DNA from: Cladosporium halotolerans
Lineage: Eukaryota
Length of the DNA stretch: 57,770 nt
NCBI RefSeq assembly: GCF_011745625.1
Contig: NW_027191476.1
Location: 310,001-367,770 of the forward strand
Reading direction: 5' to 3'
Shown: positions 23,719 to 35,479 of the stretch, piece after piece
How positions within the stretch are numbered: position 1 is the stretch's first letter
Layout: every line of letters starts with the position of its first letter
Translations under genes and position numbers: made by a program
Notes under the pieces: generated by a model
Databases searched by the model: none
What the model was told of the DNA's origin: nothing
What the model saw: the letters and a program-made list of their open reading frames with translations, nothing else

Positions 23719-24631
23719 AAGACTCAACAAGGAACCTATCCGGATTATGACATCTCTTCGCGAAGCGCCTTGTAACAACACGTTGTATAATAAGTAGACG
23801 GCTGGCAGATCTCAATTGCGAAATATGTACACTAGATTGGTGCACATACAGGCTGGGTATACAGGCACGGAATACAAGCTGGACATACATTGATTTGATC
23901 TGCGTAGCTGCTAATACGTATTTCGATATGGACCTTCACAAATCATTTGTCGAAAAAGTTCGGCGGCGTCATGTACCACCGGATGATAGTGGCACCGGCA
24001 GGGCTCCTGTAGGTGGCCGAGCGGGGGCGGCTAGCTCACTTCAAGAGTGCCCTCACCTGGCGGCTGTAGGGTTTGCTCAATACTTTCCGAGACCTTACGA
24101 ACAGATTGTATCTCAGTGGTTCCCATGTACAAAGCAACAGATCATGCTCGGATTTAAGATCGACGGTGCTTGGCGCCACTTGAGGCTGAATCCGATAACT
24201 CTATCTTCTCCACTTCCAACCTTGACCCTGTTGCCAACCCATGCAAGTGTTCCTGTCGTCTATATCATCAACCATATATGAAAGACGCTGCTCAGCTTCT
24301 TCAGCATATCCATTAGCTGCTCTTCTAGTCCTGCTTGCAAGCTTCTAAAGATTCTGTTGGTCGTCCTGACCGGAGCGGTCCCCGCCGGAATCACTACGTC
24401 TGGCCAACGTCACAAGACTTCGTTCCACGAGCTTTTGAATATCGGACGCCTGGTACAAAAAAGACCATTTAATGTATGCTCCCACTCATGGAATTGATGC
24501 GGCCCTTTTGCCCTTCCGTACATAAGAGCTTGTCCATTTCATGTACCTCAGAGAACAGTGCGAGTGGCAACCTGTTCCAGATCAATGCCTGACATGGTAC
24601 CAGAGACAAAGCCCTCAGTAAACGTCCAGAG

Positions 24632-25639
24632 ATGGCGTCCACGTCTGTATCGGAGCCAGTAGCAGCGAAGACTCCTGTATCCACCTCACCCAAGAAGACG
24701 AGAAAGAACCCTGCTCGCCGCAAAGCCGAGAAGGCGAACGCGAACGTAGAAGCAAACAAGGATGCAGATGCATCAAACACATCATCAACGCCTACTCCGG
24801 CCAAGTTAGCTCGGCAGGCCAGCGCTCCGACTGTTTTAAGCAACTCAAACGCGACCAAGCCTCCCCTGCAAAGCAGAAAGTCATCGAACACGACCGGCAA
24901 CGTAAAGAACGGCACCGCGACTGCCCAAGAGAACAACAGCAACCCTAAACCGCAATCGAAACCAAACCCCACCACAGCCCTCATAGCAAACCCCTCCCGT
25001 CCCAAACCCCACCGCAGCGCCACCACAAACAGCAGCTCTCTCGCCTTCAATGCCCCAGCTTTCGTGACGGGTGGCCTCATCGGCTGCGCAGCCGGCGCCG
25101 CGATCCTAATGGCCGTACACGTGTGGTACGACTTCGCCGGCGTGAAGGCGGCCATCGACACCGCGCGCGCCGCGCGGCTCTGTGTCGACAACTTCAGCGA
25201 GGAGCTGATCGGCAGTTTGCGCGCCGGCACGTACAGCACAGACGAGGCGCTGGACATTCTGCGGCGGACGACGCTCGCGTATGCGAGCACGATCCCCGAC
25301 GGAGCGCCTGCCGTGGAGCGCGTGTTTCGGGAGATTCAGCTGGTACGGCAGTCGCGGGGCGCGGAGGTTGATAGGGTGCTTGCGGGGGCGTATGATGAGT
25401 TGAGGTCTGCGGGCGATCGTGGGCTGTCGGCTAGGGAGACGAGGGATGTGGTTTTGAGGCATTTGCTGAGGTTGAGCTTGTTTGCGAGTCGGGCGACGCA
25501 GGATGTGTTGACCAGGAATCCGAGATTGAAGCCGTATAGAGATGGGGCTATCAAGGCACTGAAAGAACCACCGAAGGACAAGGTGCCTACTAGCAAGGTC
25601 AACTTGGTTGTTAAACACAGGCAGGCTGCTGCTGCATGA
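24632..25639 (+). CDS. Hypothetical membrane-anchored protein: disordered basic N-terminus, Gly-rich TM, amphipathic helical domain
   Basis: 335-aa ORF; TM GGLIGCAAGAAILMAVHVWYDFAG; helical LRRTTLAYASTIP...AYDEL region. Confidence 0.75.
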   Translation: MASTSVSEPVAAKTPVSTSPKKTRKNPARRKAEKANANVEANKDADASNTSSTPTPAKLARQASAPTVLSNSNATKPPLQSRKSSNTTGNVKNGTATAQENNSNPKPQSKPNPTTALIANPSRPKPHRSATTNSSSLAFNAPAFVTGGLIGCAAGAAILMAVHVWYDFAGVKAAIDTARAARLCVDNFSEELIGSLRAGTYSTDEALDILRRTTLAYASTIPDGAPAVERVFREIQLVRQSRGAEVDRVLAGAYDELRSAGDRGLSARETRDVVLRHLLRLSLFASRATQDVLTRNPRLKPYRDGAIKALKEPPKDKVPTSKVNLVVKHRQAAAA

Positions 25640-25816
25640 TAATTGGGAGTCGTAGGAGGCGTTCCTGAGCACTCGATTAGGCTTTTTGCCACAATTTCTG
25701 ATACACGAAGTACATGTTAATGATGGACCTGGTTGAAAGACGAACTCATGAGGATGGTCTTAAATGCACATGCTGCCAGAGCATGTGGTAGATACCATAC
25801 AGTCAAGCAAGAGCCC

Positions 25817-26701
25817 TCATCCTCTCGCAGTCAACCACCCCGTCGTCAACCTCCCCTTCTCTCCCATCCCACTCCGCCAGTCAATCTCCACCTGCGCCAG
25901 CGCCCTCCCACCACTCGCCCTGCGCTCCTCCTCAACGACAAACATAACCTGCTCCACATCCCTCGGCTTCAAAACAACGGCCTCCGCCTTCCCCTTCTCC
26001 CCAACCCCACCCCGCCACTCAATCCCCTCCCCACCATTCAACCAAACCCTCTCAACAACCACCCCTCCCTCGCCCACATTCTCCACCTGCGCCTCAAGCA
26101 CCCACCGCCTCCCCTTCTCCGCCCCAACAGCGCTCACCTTACTCCTCACAGCCAATACAGGCTGCGCGACGAACTGGTACAGCTTCCGGAACGTCCGCGC
26201 CCGCCCGCCGCTCGCCGCCTGCTCCTCGCCCGTGCGCTCCGTCTCCGTGTACGAGACCGTGACGGCGAGCACGTGCGCGCCGGGCTCGCGCAGATCGTGC
26301 GCCAACGTCTTCTGCAACGTCGCGCCGGGCGCTGGGTCCGGCCTTACTTCATCCTCTCCAGCATCCTGCAGCTCCAGCGGCACGCCAGCGGGGTTGCTGG
26401 GCGTCTGGAGCAGGGCGGCGATGCGGACGGCGGAGACGGATTTGCTCGTTTGGCTGGGCAGGAGCTCGTTGTTGAGGCAGAGGGTGCAGGCGAAGGTCTC
26501 GCCGACGTAGGCTGCGCCGAAGGCGGCAGGGAGGGTGAGGAGGGGCGTCAGAGGCGAGCTTGAGTCTGCTGATGGGTAGGCTTGCGAGGCGGCGGGGGGA
26601 ATGTCGAGGGAGGAGCCGAGGGTTGTTTTGGGGAGGGGCGTTTGGGTGGCGAGGGAGGGGCGCGAGAGGCGGAGGACTTTGAGGGAAAGGGAGTGCGCCA
26701 T
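25817..26701 (-). CDS. TRAPPC13: TRAPP complex subunit 13-like (DUF974)
   Basis: HSLSLKVLRLSRPSL, LLTLPAAFGAAYVGETFACTLCLNN, LREPGAHVLAVTVSY, RTFRKLYQF, LEAQVENVG, WRSGMGEKGRLTTG. Confidence 0.9.
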   Translation of the reverse strand: MAHSLSLKVLRLSRPSLATQTPLPKTTLGSSLDIPPAASQAYPSADSSSPLTPLLTLPAAFGAAYVGETFACTLCLNNELLPSQTSKSVSAVRIAALLQTPSNPAGVPLELQDAGEDEVRPDPAPGATLQKTLAHDLREPGAHVLAVTVSYTETERTGEEQAASGGRARTFRKLYQFVAQPVLAVRSKVSAVGAEKGRRWVLEAQVENVGEGGVVVERVWLNGGEGIEWRGGVGEKGKAEAVVLKPRDVEQVMFVVEEERRASGGRALAQVEIDWRSGMGEKGRLTTGWLTARG

Positions 26702-27538
26702 TGTTGTAGAATCTGGTTGTGGTTTGATGTCGAGATATGTCTTCTCTGGCCCAAGGATTGTGTTTTCAGAAGTCGAGACGATTGATGGTTGATGGAGGTT
26801 CACTTGCGTTGGCGATGATCAGATCGCGCTATGCCAGCCGGAGTTCAGGACATCGAAAGCTACTTTGGCATTGTATCGAGAAATTTGCTATTGACGGGTT
26901 TGGATATGCTGCAAGGTGTTTTCCAGTGATTTAATTTGAGTGCTCTCAAGCACATGATACGAGACGAGGTTGATGTTTGGGCAGCGCGTCGCAAGCCTTG
27001 GCACAAATGTTACGACCTGTCTTGATGCCCCGGTTGTACGCGCAATTAAAAGGAAAAGACCGCGTTCACTTGGCTTGCTTAAACGTTCACCGGATCGTCT
27101 TGACAGGCGCAAAGAATATGCAACTACGCCTGACGCGATCCTACTAGCTCGAAGCGACTCTGCCCAAATCTACGTTGGGCTGATCCTTGGAGATGATGTC
27201 AAGGGAGGCACAATAAGATGGATGGAAGTATTCTTCATTTGTGATATAAGAGTCTTCAGCTCGTGTTCGCCCCAAACCAAAAAAAGAAAAAAAAAGTTAA
27301 GGAGAAAGACCAACGGCCGTGATATGGCAGCCGTCATTTGTCTCGAACCCCGATTTGCACACCTTTCTCCCACGTTCGCAAACGCATAGATACAGCCGCA
27401 CTGCAGCAGTAACTTCCATAAAACGAAGCAGCACAGCTCCAGTCGTTTCTTTTTCTTTTGCCGTTCACTCATTCAGCCTTGTCGCTCACGCCAGATGTAT
27501 CTCCCCTACCGACTCTCCACCGTCTTCGCGCATCACCT

Positions 27539-28098
27539 CTATTGCCTGATAGGCACGCCACTGGGCTCTTCCGCAGCCGCCTGCGCTGCCTTGGACACCT
27601 CTTCCGGGTCCTGCTCGTCCACGCTCGTGCCTCGCTGCAGTAAGCTCTCCTTCACCGGGCTGCCGGCCTGGCCGTGCGAGACGGCCGGCGTCAGCGCCGG
27701 ACCGCCCGAAACGCTGCCCCTGCCATGCTGGTTCTCGCCGGAGTTGGAGTTCTGCTGCGAGAGGTGCGGGATGGTGTCCGGGGACGGGTGCTCGCGGCCG
27801 AGGCCGCCGACGAGGGCGTTGTCGGATTTGCCGGCTTTGGAGAGGGCGTAGTCGCCGGAGTCGAAGTACTTGCGCTCCTTGAGCTTGTTCTGCAGCAGGT
27901 CTTTCTTGTTGGGCAGTTTGCCGTAGAGGCGGAAGAGCTTCTGCTCCTCTTCGGTGAGGGACTGTTGGACAGAGCCGGTCAGCGGGCGACTTTGGATGAT
28001 TGTGCCGAATGTGGCGGGGAGTGCATTCTTGGTGCGATTGATCGTGGGATTGGTATACGTACGCTCACATCGACTTTGTTCTTCTGGTGCGGGTTCAT
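27539..28098 (-). CDS. IGO1: Endosulfine/ARPP-19 family phosphoprotein; exons 28098-28063, 27961-27539
   Basis: Spliced: MNPHQKNKVDVS|SLTEEEQKLFRLYGKLPNKKDLLQNKLKERKYFDSGDYALSKAG (FDSGDY Greatwall/Rim15 site); intron GTACGT...GCTGAC...CAG. Confidence 0.93.
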
Positions 28099-28972
28099 CT
28101 TCGCTGTGTCCGTCCCAGATCGCGGGGTGTCAGGTGTTCGCAGCAGCGCAAGTGAGCTTGTCACTGAAATCGGTGTTCGCTGTGTTGTGGCGAAAGCTTC
28201 AATTTAATCGTTGTTGTGCCTCTCTTATCGCGTTCGTTCAACACTGGTGTACGTTGGTGCCCAGCCGGGTTGAGTGAGCCCAAGTTGGGCAGGTGGGCTG
28301 GAGGGGTGGTGACAAAGAAACGGCCCGACGTCGGCTTGTGCGGTCGGAGGTATTGAGTCGCTGGCGGTCGAGGAGAGCGGTGCAGGTCAATTGAGGAAGG
28401 TCGACGGGTCGAAGTGAGAGAGCGGAGGGTGGTGAACGGGTGACGCAAGGCAAGTCACACGGTACGACAGACGCCGTTTCACGGACGGTGGTAGGTGCAG
28501 TGGGTATAGAGTTGTGACGCGGCGGGCCTAGTGCTTCCCGCTTTCGGCTCGGGAGCTGCAGTGAGGCAGGCAGGGTTGGCTGTTTGATCGCCAGAGGCTG
28601 CAGCGGCGATGAGCAGTGAAGAGGGCGTGGGCGAAGTGCCGGAACGATGGATCTCCAGCGTTCAGTGGGTGTAGCAAGCGGACAGCGTCAGACGCAGATT
28701 TTCTCACGCCTGGCCCAATGGCGCGCGCAATATGCAGGCCGTCCTAATGTGCGATGGTCACGCTCCCACCCCTCCATTCGTGAGCGTTTCGAGCTAGCAG
28801 GGTCAGAGCTGCGGGGTGCATCCTCGAGAAATGTTTCCCGATCTTGGCATCAAATTGTTGCGCCTGTGACAAAAGTGGATTTCTTTCGAGGAGGAAATAA
28901 TATACCAGGACACAAGCCAGACTTCGAAAGGAAGATTGCCAATTGAATCGGAAAAGTAATTCACTCGCAATA

Positions 28973-29732
28973 ATGGCCGCCACCAACCCATCCTTCAACG
29001 CCACTCTCGATGACTCGACAAAACATACCTTTGTCGTCGAGCACATGGACCCCGAGCTCGAGAGCTGGCAACTTCTAGAATACCAGACCATTGGCTCCGA
29101 ATGCGCTGCCGCCAACTCCCGCTTCCTCCTGACTGGCCTGCCCAAAGCTGTCCCGGAGCTGGCTCTGGTAGAGCAAAGTCCTCAGAGCGTCGACGACCTG
29201 GTGTCATCCGCCAACATCCCGAAGGAGCGCGTCTGTCTGCTTGATCCTCGCGGTGAGAGCGATCTTGCGCCTGAAGATGGCGACAAGTTCGACGTCTTTG
29301 TTTTTGGTGGAATCTTGGGAGACGACCCGCCTCGTGATCGCACGGCTGAGCTGAGAGTCAAGGGCTTCAAGGGCCGCAGGCTAGGCAAGGAACAGCTCAC
29401 TACTGACACTGCTGCGAGAGTTACACGCATTGTGGTTCAAGATAAGAGTAAGTATCAATGGCCGCCGCCTTCGTAGGGAGAGCTATCACTAATACCGGCA
29501 TTAGTCCCTCTCGCTGATGTGCCCTACATTGACCGTCCTAGCATTCAGGTCTCAGCAGCCGAGAGTGTTGAGATGCCTTTCAAATACGTGAAGGGTAAGG
29601 ATGGAAAAGCCATCATGCCGGAGGTAAGTGGTGTAAAAAACCCTGCGTCTCGCTGGACATGCTGACAACTTGCAGGGCATGATCGAGCTACTTGGTGACG
29701 ATGCGGACAAGGGCATCCTTGATCTTCTTTGA
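28973..29732 (+). CDS. SFM1: SPOUT-family methyltransferase Sfm1 (DUF431); exons 28973-29447, 29505-29623, 29676-29732
   Basis: FVVEHMDPEL..W..LEY, VCLLDP, FVFGGILGDDPPRDRT, RRLGKEQLTTDTA; spliced tail PYIDRP...EMPFKYV..PIMPE-like (AIMPE|GMIELL); two GTAAGT..AG introns. Confidence 0.92.
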
Positions 29733-30288
29733 GTGATACCATCCATTATTTTGAAGGCCACACAATGCATGCAACCATTCCTGAGGCGTGTCTGGAAATG
29801 GTCGGTCTCATGTGATATTTGGTCGATTCGAGGAGGTCATCAGAATGCTCTGAGTGCTCGTCCTTGACAGGCAAGGCTCCGAGATTGTTCACAAAAATTT
29901 TACGCAAGACGCGATGATGGGAACGCTCTCTTGCAGAAGCCAAATGCTATGTTTTTGAAATTTAGGAAGAAATTTTTTTGGAACATGGCATGAAAGACGT
30001 CGCAAAATATAGACAGCAATAGACTTGACTTGAGGCATGAATGCAAGTGTGAAAGTCTTTGGCAAAGGTCTTCCCGGTATCGGATTAACATCCAATCCTG
30101 CCTATGGTTCAAGCACAAGGCTCTTGTGTTGAAGCAATTTCCAAGATCCTGGGTAAGAGAAGAGCAACCAGCCTTCTCTTTTGTCCTCCGGGGATCTTGA
30201 GAAACAGGATGACGATGGTTTCTTTCTTTCGTGTTCGGACAATTTATAATTATATAATTTGTTTATTTTTGCTTGATGACATCAATTA

Positions 30289-30391
30289 GCAGCTTTAGCT
30301 CACATGGGAGAGCGCCAGACTGAAGTTCACTTCATGTCAAAGCATTCTGTGCGGTATCTGGAGGTACTGTGTTCGATCCACAGAAGCTGCA
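30289..30391 (+). tRNA. tRNA-Phe(GAA) with 30-nt intron (30326-30355)
   Basis: Acceptor GCAGCTT/AAGCTGC-A; D-stem GCTC/GAGC; anticodon arm CCAGA-CT-GAA-G^A-TCTGG; T-arm CTGTG-TTCGATC-CACAG; AT-rich upstream flank. Confidence 0.95.
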
Positions 30392-30797
30392 ATTCTTTTG
30401 CCTTGTCACTTGACTAGCAAGCACTGTCTCTTTTGCGATTTCATACTTTTTCTATTATTTCTATCTTGTTTCGCCAGACCTCACTTACATGTGTCAGTGA
30501 AAGCGTTCGGAAGCAGCGTCCCAGCAGTCACCTCCATGCTCGCTGCGTCGTCCAGAACCCCAAAGCGCGCTTTCCCGCTTTGAGCGAATTCGTAAACAAA
30601 CACCCAACCGACGCCCGCAGCCGTCTGCGACATCTCGTCTTCACACAACCAAAGTGCTCCACAAAACCACTGTCCGGAAGCAAGACATTGTGTGCTCACA
30701 CGGTCGTGCTCACAAATTTCCCAAAAGCTCCGATCTTTTGCGATCGCGCACCCAACACCTCTCCAACACCTCCCGGCTGCGCACATCAACAGCAACA

Positions 30798-32843
30798 ATG
30801 GGTCGCATGACGCGCGCCAAAGCGGCCGAGGTCGCGGAGCGTATGCACATCGACGAGGATGCCGTGCTCGAGCTTCCTAGCGAGGAGAAAGATGCCGCCG
30901 TGAACCCTGCGACTCCGGAGCTGGACCGCGCTATCTTGGGCGAGATTGCGCCGAATAGTGCGGAGAGCAAGGGCGCTGGGGAATCTGGGGGCAGGATTAC
31001 GAGGGCGAAGAAGAATAGAAAGAAAGGTGGGAAGAAGGAGGCTGCGATTGAGGAGCAAAGCGAGGTTGTGGAGGATGAGAAGGTGGAGGAAGATGAGGAG
31101 GGACATGACGATGCCGAGGCAGTTGAACAGGCTGCTGATGAGGAGTTGGAGGCTGATACGAATGAGGCGATGGAGAAGCTTGCGAAGCTGCGGATTACTT
31201 CTCTTGGGAACCAAGCTGCTGCGCAGGCTGTTCAAGAGGCTGAAGCCATCAAGGAGGATCATTCACCCTTGCTCGAAGCGGAAGAGAACATGGCCCCAGA
31301 GCAGAATGGCGCTGAGCTTGCGGACGAGAAGCCGATACCTGAGACTGTCGAGAACACCACTGCGGCCGAGGCAGAAGAAGGGCTACCCAGCATCTCTATT
31401 GGCACTCGATCGCATCAGCAAGAACCTGAATCATCCGTCGTGGAGGAGAAGACCGGGTTAGAAGCGCCTACTTCACCTGTGGCGTCAGCAATGCCCAATG
31501 TGATCAAGAACCTCAGACAAGACAGCCCAAGCAAGCGATCGACAAGCAACAAGGAGAACGTCGAGCCAGTCGAGCCAGTCGAGTCCCCAGCGTCGGCACC
31601 AAGCGCCTCGCCTGCAGTCACTGCTAATGCGCAACCGGCTCCACCTACGCAAGAGACTTCGACCAGTGCTGCTCCTCCCAGCCCAGCTACAACAAGTTCG
31701 GCGAGGCGCGGCTCGAGCGAGAAGGCAGAAGATCCGATTGAGGCCCTGGACGAGCTGGAGGACGCAGTTGAGAAAGTAAACCTTGAAATCCCGCAACTCC
31801 CTGCTTCGCCTAATAGCAAGAAGACCGAGAAGCCGGTAGATACCAAGGAAAAGGCGAAGAAGGCCAAACCAGCTCCGGTTGTCAGACTCACGAAAGCTAC
31901 CCAGGCTCGCTTGTCAATGGCTCAAGGAGGAAACAAGGACGCTGCTGTCAAGCCCGCAACCAACAGACCCAGACCTTCGACTACACTTGGTCGTGCCAGT
32001 AGCGTCCGCCAAAGTGTGGTCCCAAGCACAGGCAGACGCATCACCTCGAACACAAGCAACGCAAACCCAAGCAAACCCGAGGCGAAGCACAAGAAGGAAA
32101 CCGCAATTCCTCACAGCAAGCCCCGCCCAGTCTCCCTCTCGTTCCCCACGCCCCCTCCAGCCGCCAGGAGCACCAAGGCCCCGACTAAGAGCACCTTCCA
32201 GCTCCCCGGCGAAGCCGTCGCAGCCAAACTCAAGGCCGCGCGCGAAGAGAGGCTCAAACGTGAAGCCGCCGCCGCCTCTTCCAAACCCGCAACCGAAAAG
32301 AAAGATGCCGCCGCCGACAAGAAGCCCGCCTTCAAAGCCCGCCCTGCTCCCAACATGGCAAAGCAAGTCCCCAGCGTTCGCCAGACAGCCGCCAGCCGCG
32401 CCAGAGAATCCATCATGAACCCCAGCAGCAGCACCGCTCCGAAACCCAGCACGACCTCTTCCTCTCACAAACGCAGCAACACCGTCGCCACCACCCGCCC
32501 GCGCCCTTCCACCACACCCGCCCCGCCCCCACTCACAGTCCCCAAGCGCCCGCGCCCCTCCTCCATGCAGATACCCTCGAGCTCTGGCGGAGCGCAACGC
32601 AACCCCAGCGCCGGCAGCGGCAGCGGCACCGCCAAAGGCAAAGAAGTCTACGCGCGCGCGGCAGCGGCCAAGAACGCCGCTGAGGCGGAGAAGCGCGAGA
32701 AAGAGGATGCTGCGCGCAAGGCGCGCGTGGCGGCTGCGGAGAGGGGAAGGCAGGCGAGCAGGGAGTGGGCGGAGAAGCAGAGGGCGAAGAAGGCTGCTGC
32801 TGCTGTTGCTGCTGCTGCGGGTAAGGAGACTGTTGCTGCTTGA
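30798..32843 (+). CDS. Disordered protein, acidic N-half / basic C-half, with TPX2-like motifs (putative microtubule-associated)
   Basis: ACAATGG start; DPIEALDELEDAVE, RSTKAPTKSTFQLPGEAVAAKLKAAREER, FKARPAP, AAERGRQASREWAEK. Confidence 0.8.
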   Translation: MGRMTRAKAAEVAERMHIDEDAVLELPSEEKDAAVNPATPELDRAILGEIAPNSAESKGAGESGGRITRAKKNRKKGGKKEAAIEEQSEVVEDEKVEEDEEGHDDAEAVEQAADEELEADTNEAMEKLAKLRITSLGNQAAAQAVQEAEAIKEDHSPLLEAEENMAPEQNGAELADEKPIPETVENTTAAEAEEGLPSISIGTRSHQQEPESSVVEEKTGLEAPTSPVASAMPNVIKNLRQDSPSKRSTSNKENVEPVEPVESPASAPSASPAVTANAQPAPPTQETSTSAAPPSPATTSSARRGSSEKAEDPIEALDELEDAVEKVNLEIPQLPASPNSKKTEKPVDTKEKAKKAKPAPVVRLTKATQARLSMAQGGNKDAAVKPATNRPRPSTTLGRASSVRQSVVPSTGRRITSNTSNANPSKPEAKHKKETAIPHSKPRPVSLSFPTPPPAARSTKAPTKSTFQLPGEAVAAKLKAAREERLKREAAAASSKPATEKKDAAADKKPAFKARPAPNMAKQVPSVRQTAASRARESIMNPSSSTAPKPSTTSSSHKRSNTVATTRPRPSTTPAPPPLTVPKRPRPSSMQIPSSSGGAQRNPSAGSGSGTAKGKEVYARAAAAKNAAEAEKREKEDAARKARVAAAERGRQASREWAEKQRAKKAAAAVAAAAGKETVAA

Positions 32844-33443
32844 TGAGTGGTACTGGGTTTGGACTCTACGATTACGATAGCAATGGTTATGGCTGGGGGT
32901 TCTTGGAGACGGAGTTCGGTTAGGCTTTGGATTCAGGGCGTTTGATTTGGCTTTTGGCGCTCCGGACTCGGGAATTCGTTTGGATGTTTGCATGCGTGAG
33001 GCTTTTCGTAGCTGGGTTGTACGGACTATTTTTCTCAGAGGTTTCGTGTATGCTTATGCAGATGTTGAAATGACGGCCTCCGAAAAATATTTCTCCGAAG
33101 ATACTGTAGGCTTTGACCATACCTTCACCCACTTTCATCCCCTTTGACTCCCATGCGGATCGAAGGCAACCAACTGATGCAAGGTCGGATTTCATTTGGT
33201 GAGCAAGACGCCAGTGAGGAGAGATCGATCAAATTTGTTTTGTCAAGAAAATGCTTCGAAAACGATAATGCACATTGGGTATTCTTCGCCCACCAAGCTT
33301 TCGTTCGTGTCGTCCATACCGAACAGTATCCGCGTGTTCCTTGCAGCTCCCAGTCCTCCCCACGTTATCTCCCATTCTTCCAAATGCCGTACCTGCCAGC
33401 TTTTGTGTCCGTCTCTTCCCTCTCGCTCCTTTGTTTTCATCAC

Positions 33444-34640
<1,197 letters not shown>

Positions 34641-35479
34641 TTAATGCCTGAGGCGCTGGTCCAGAGGTCAATTGAAGAATTAGGATGTGTTCTCGCGAGA
34701 CCGATTGTTCAGTCAGATGGGCAAGGGGTATATCGAAGTCAGAGGATAAGTGGAAAGGTGTTCGGAGGACGCAGTAGGAGTTCAGATGGGGCGATTCTAC
34801 AGGCCAAATTGTTGCGCAGTGACACCATCGGCCGCGGCGAATCAAAGCGGGGTCCAAGTAATCAAAAAGCAGCCCTGGCCGGCCTTATCAGATCCGGCCC
34901 TTGTCCCGTCGCCTCCTCGGCTGCCCGGCATCCTCGCCATCGCCTACTCTTTCAGGCAACGGCGGTTTCGCGTGGATTCAGACTTGCCTTCCTCGCAACG
35001 GGCGATGTGAACATGAGTTTGTCCAGTACAGATTCTCCTTTTCAGTCGATACAGCGAGCGGTGTTCGCCAACTTGCCCTCACTTCAGCCCTCGTATTTTG
35101 GCTGACGGGCGCAGGAGCGCTGCAGGTCTGCGCCGCTAACTGCATCGTGTCTTCCTTAATTTGCTCATTGCGTGCAGAACCCAGAAAGGATACCACTTGT
35201 TGGCTTCAGATGTGCTATATTGATGGCATCAACAGACATGCCAGTGTCGTGGTAACTTTGGCACTCACTGGCACGGAACGCCGTCTGGCCTCTCCACGAG
35301 CCTAGGTAAGGTTTGCATGAATGCGAGAAAGCGACCGGCCAAAATCCGCCGTATCTCGCCCCACGCGATCCATCTACGTCAACAAGCATCTCAGCAACAC
35401 ACCGTATATAGTTTCCCACCTTGCGCTGCTATTTGAAAAAGATGCTGCGACCTGGGATTAATTCCGTGCAATCAATACA

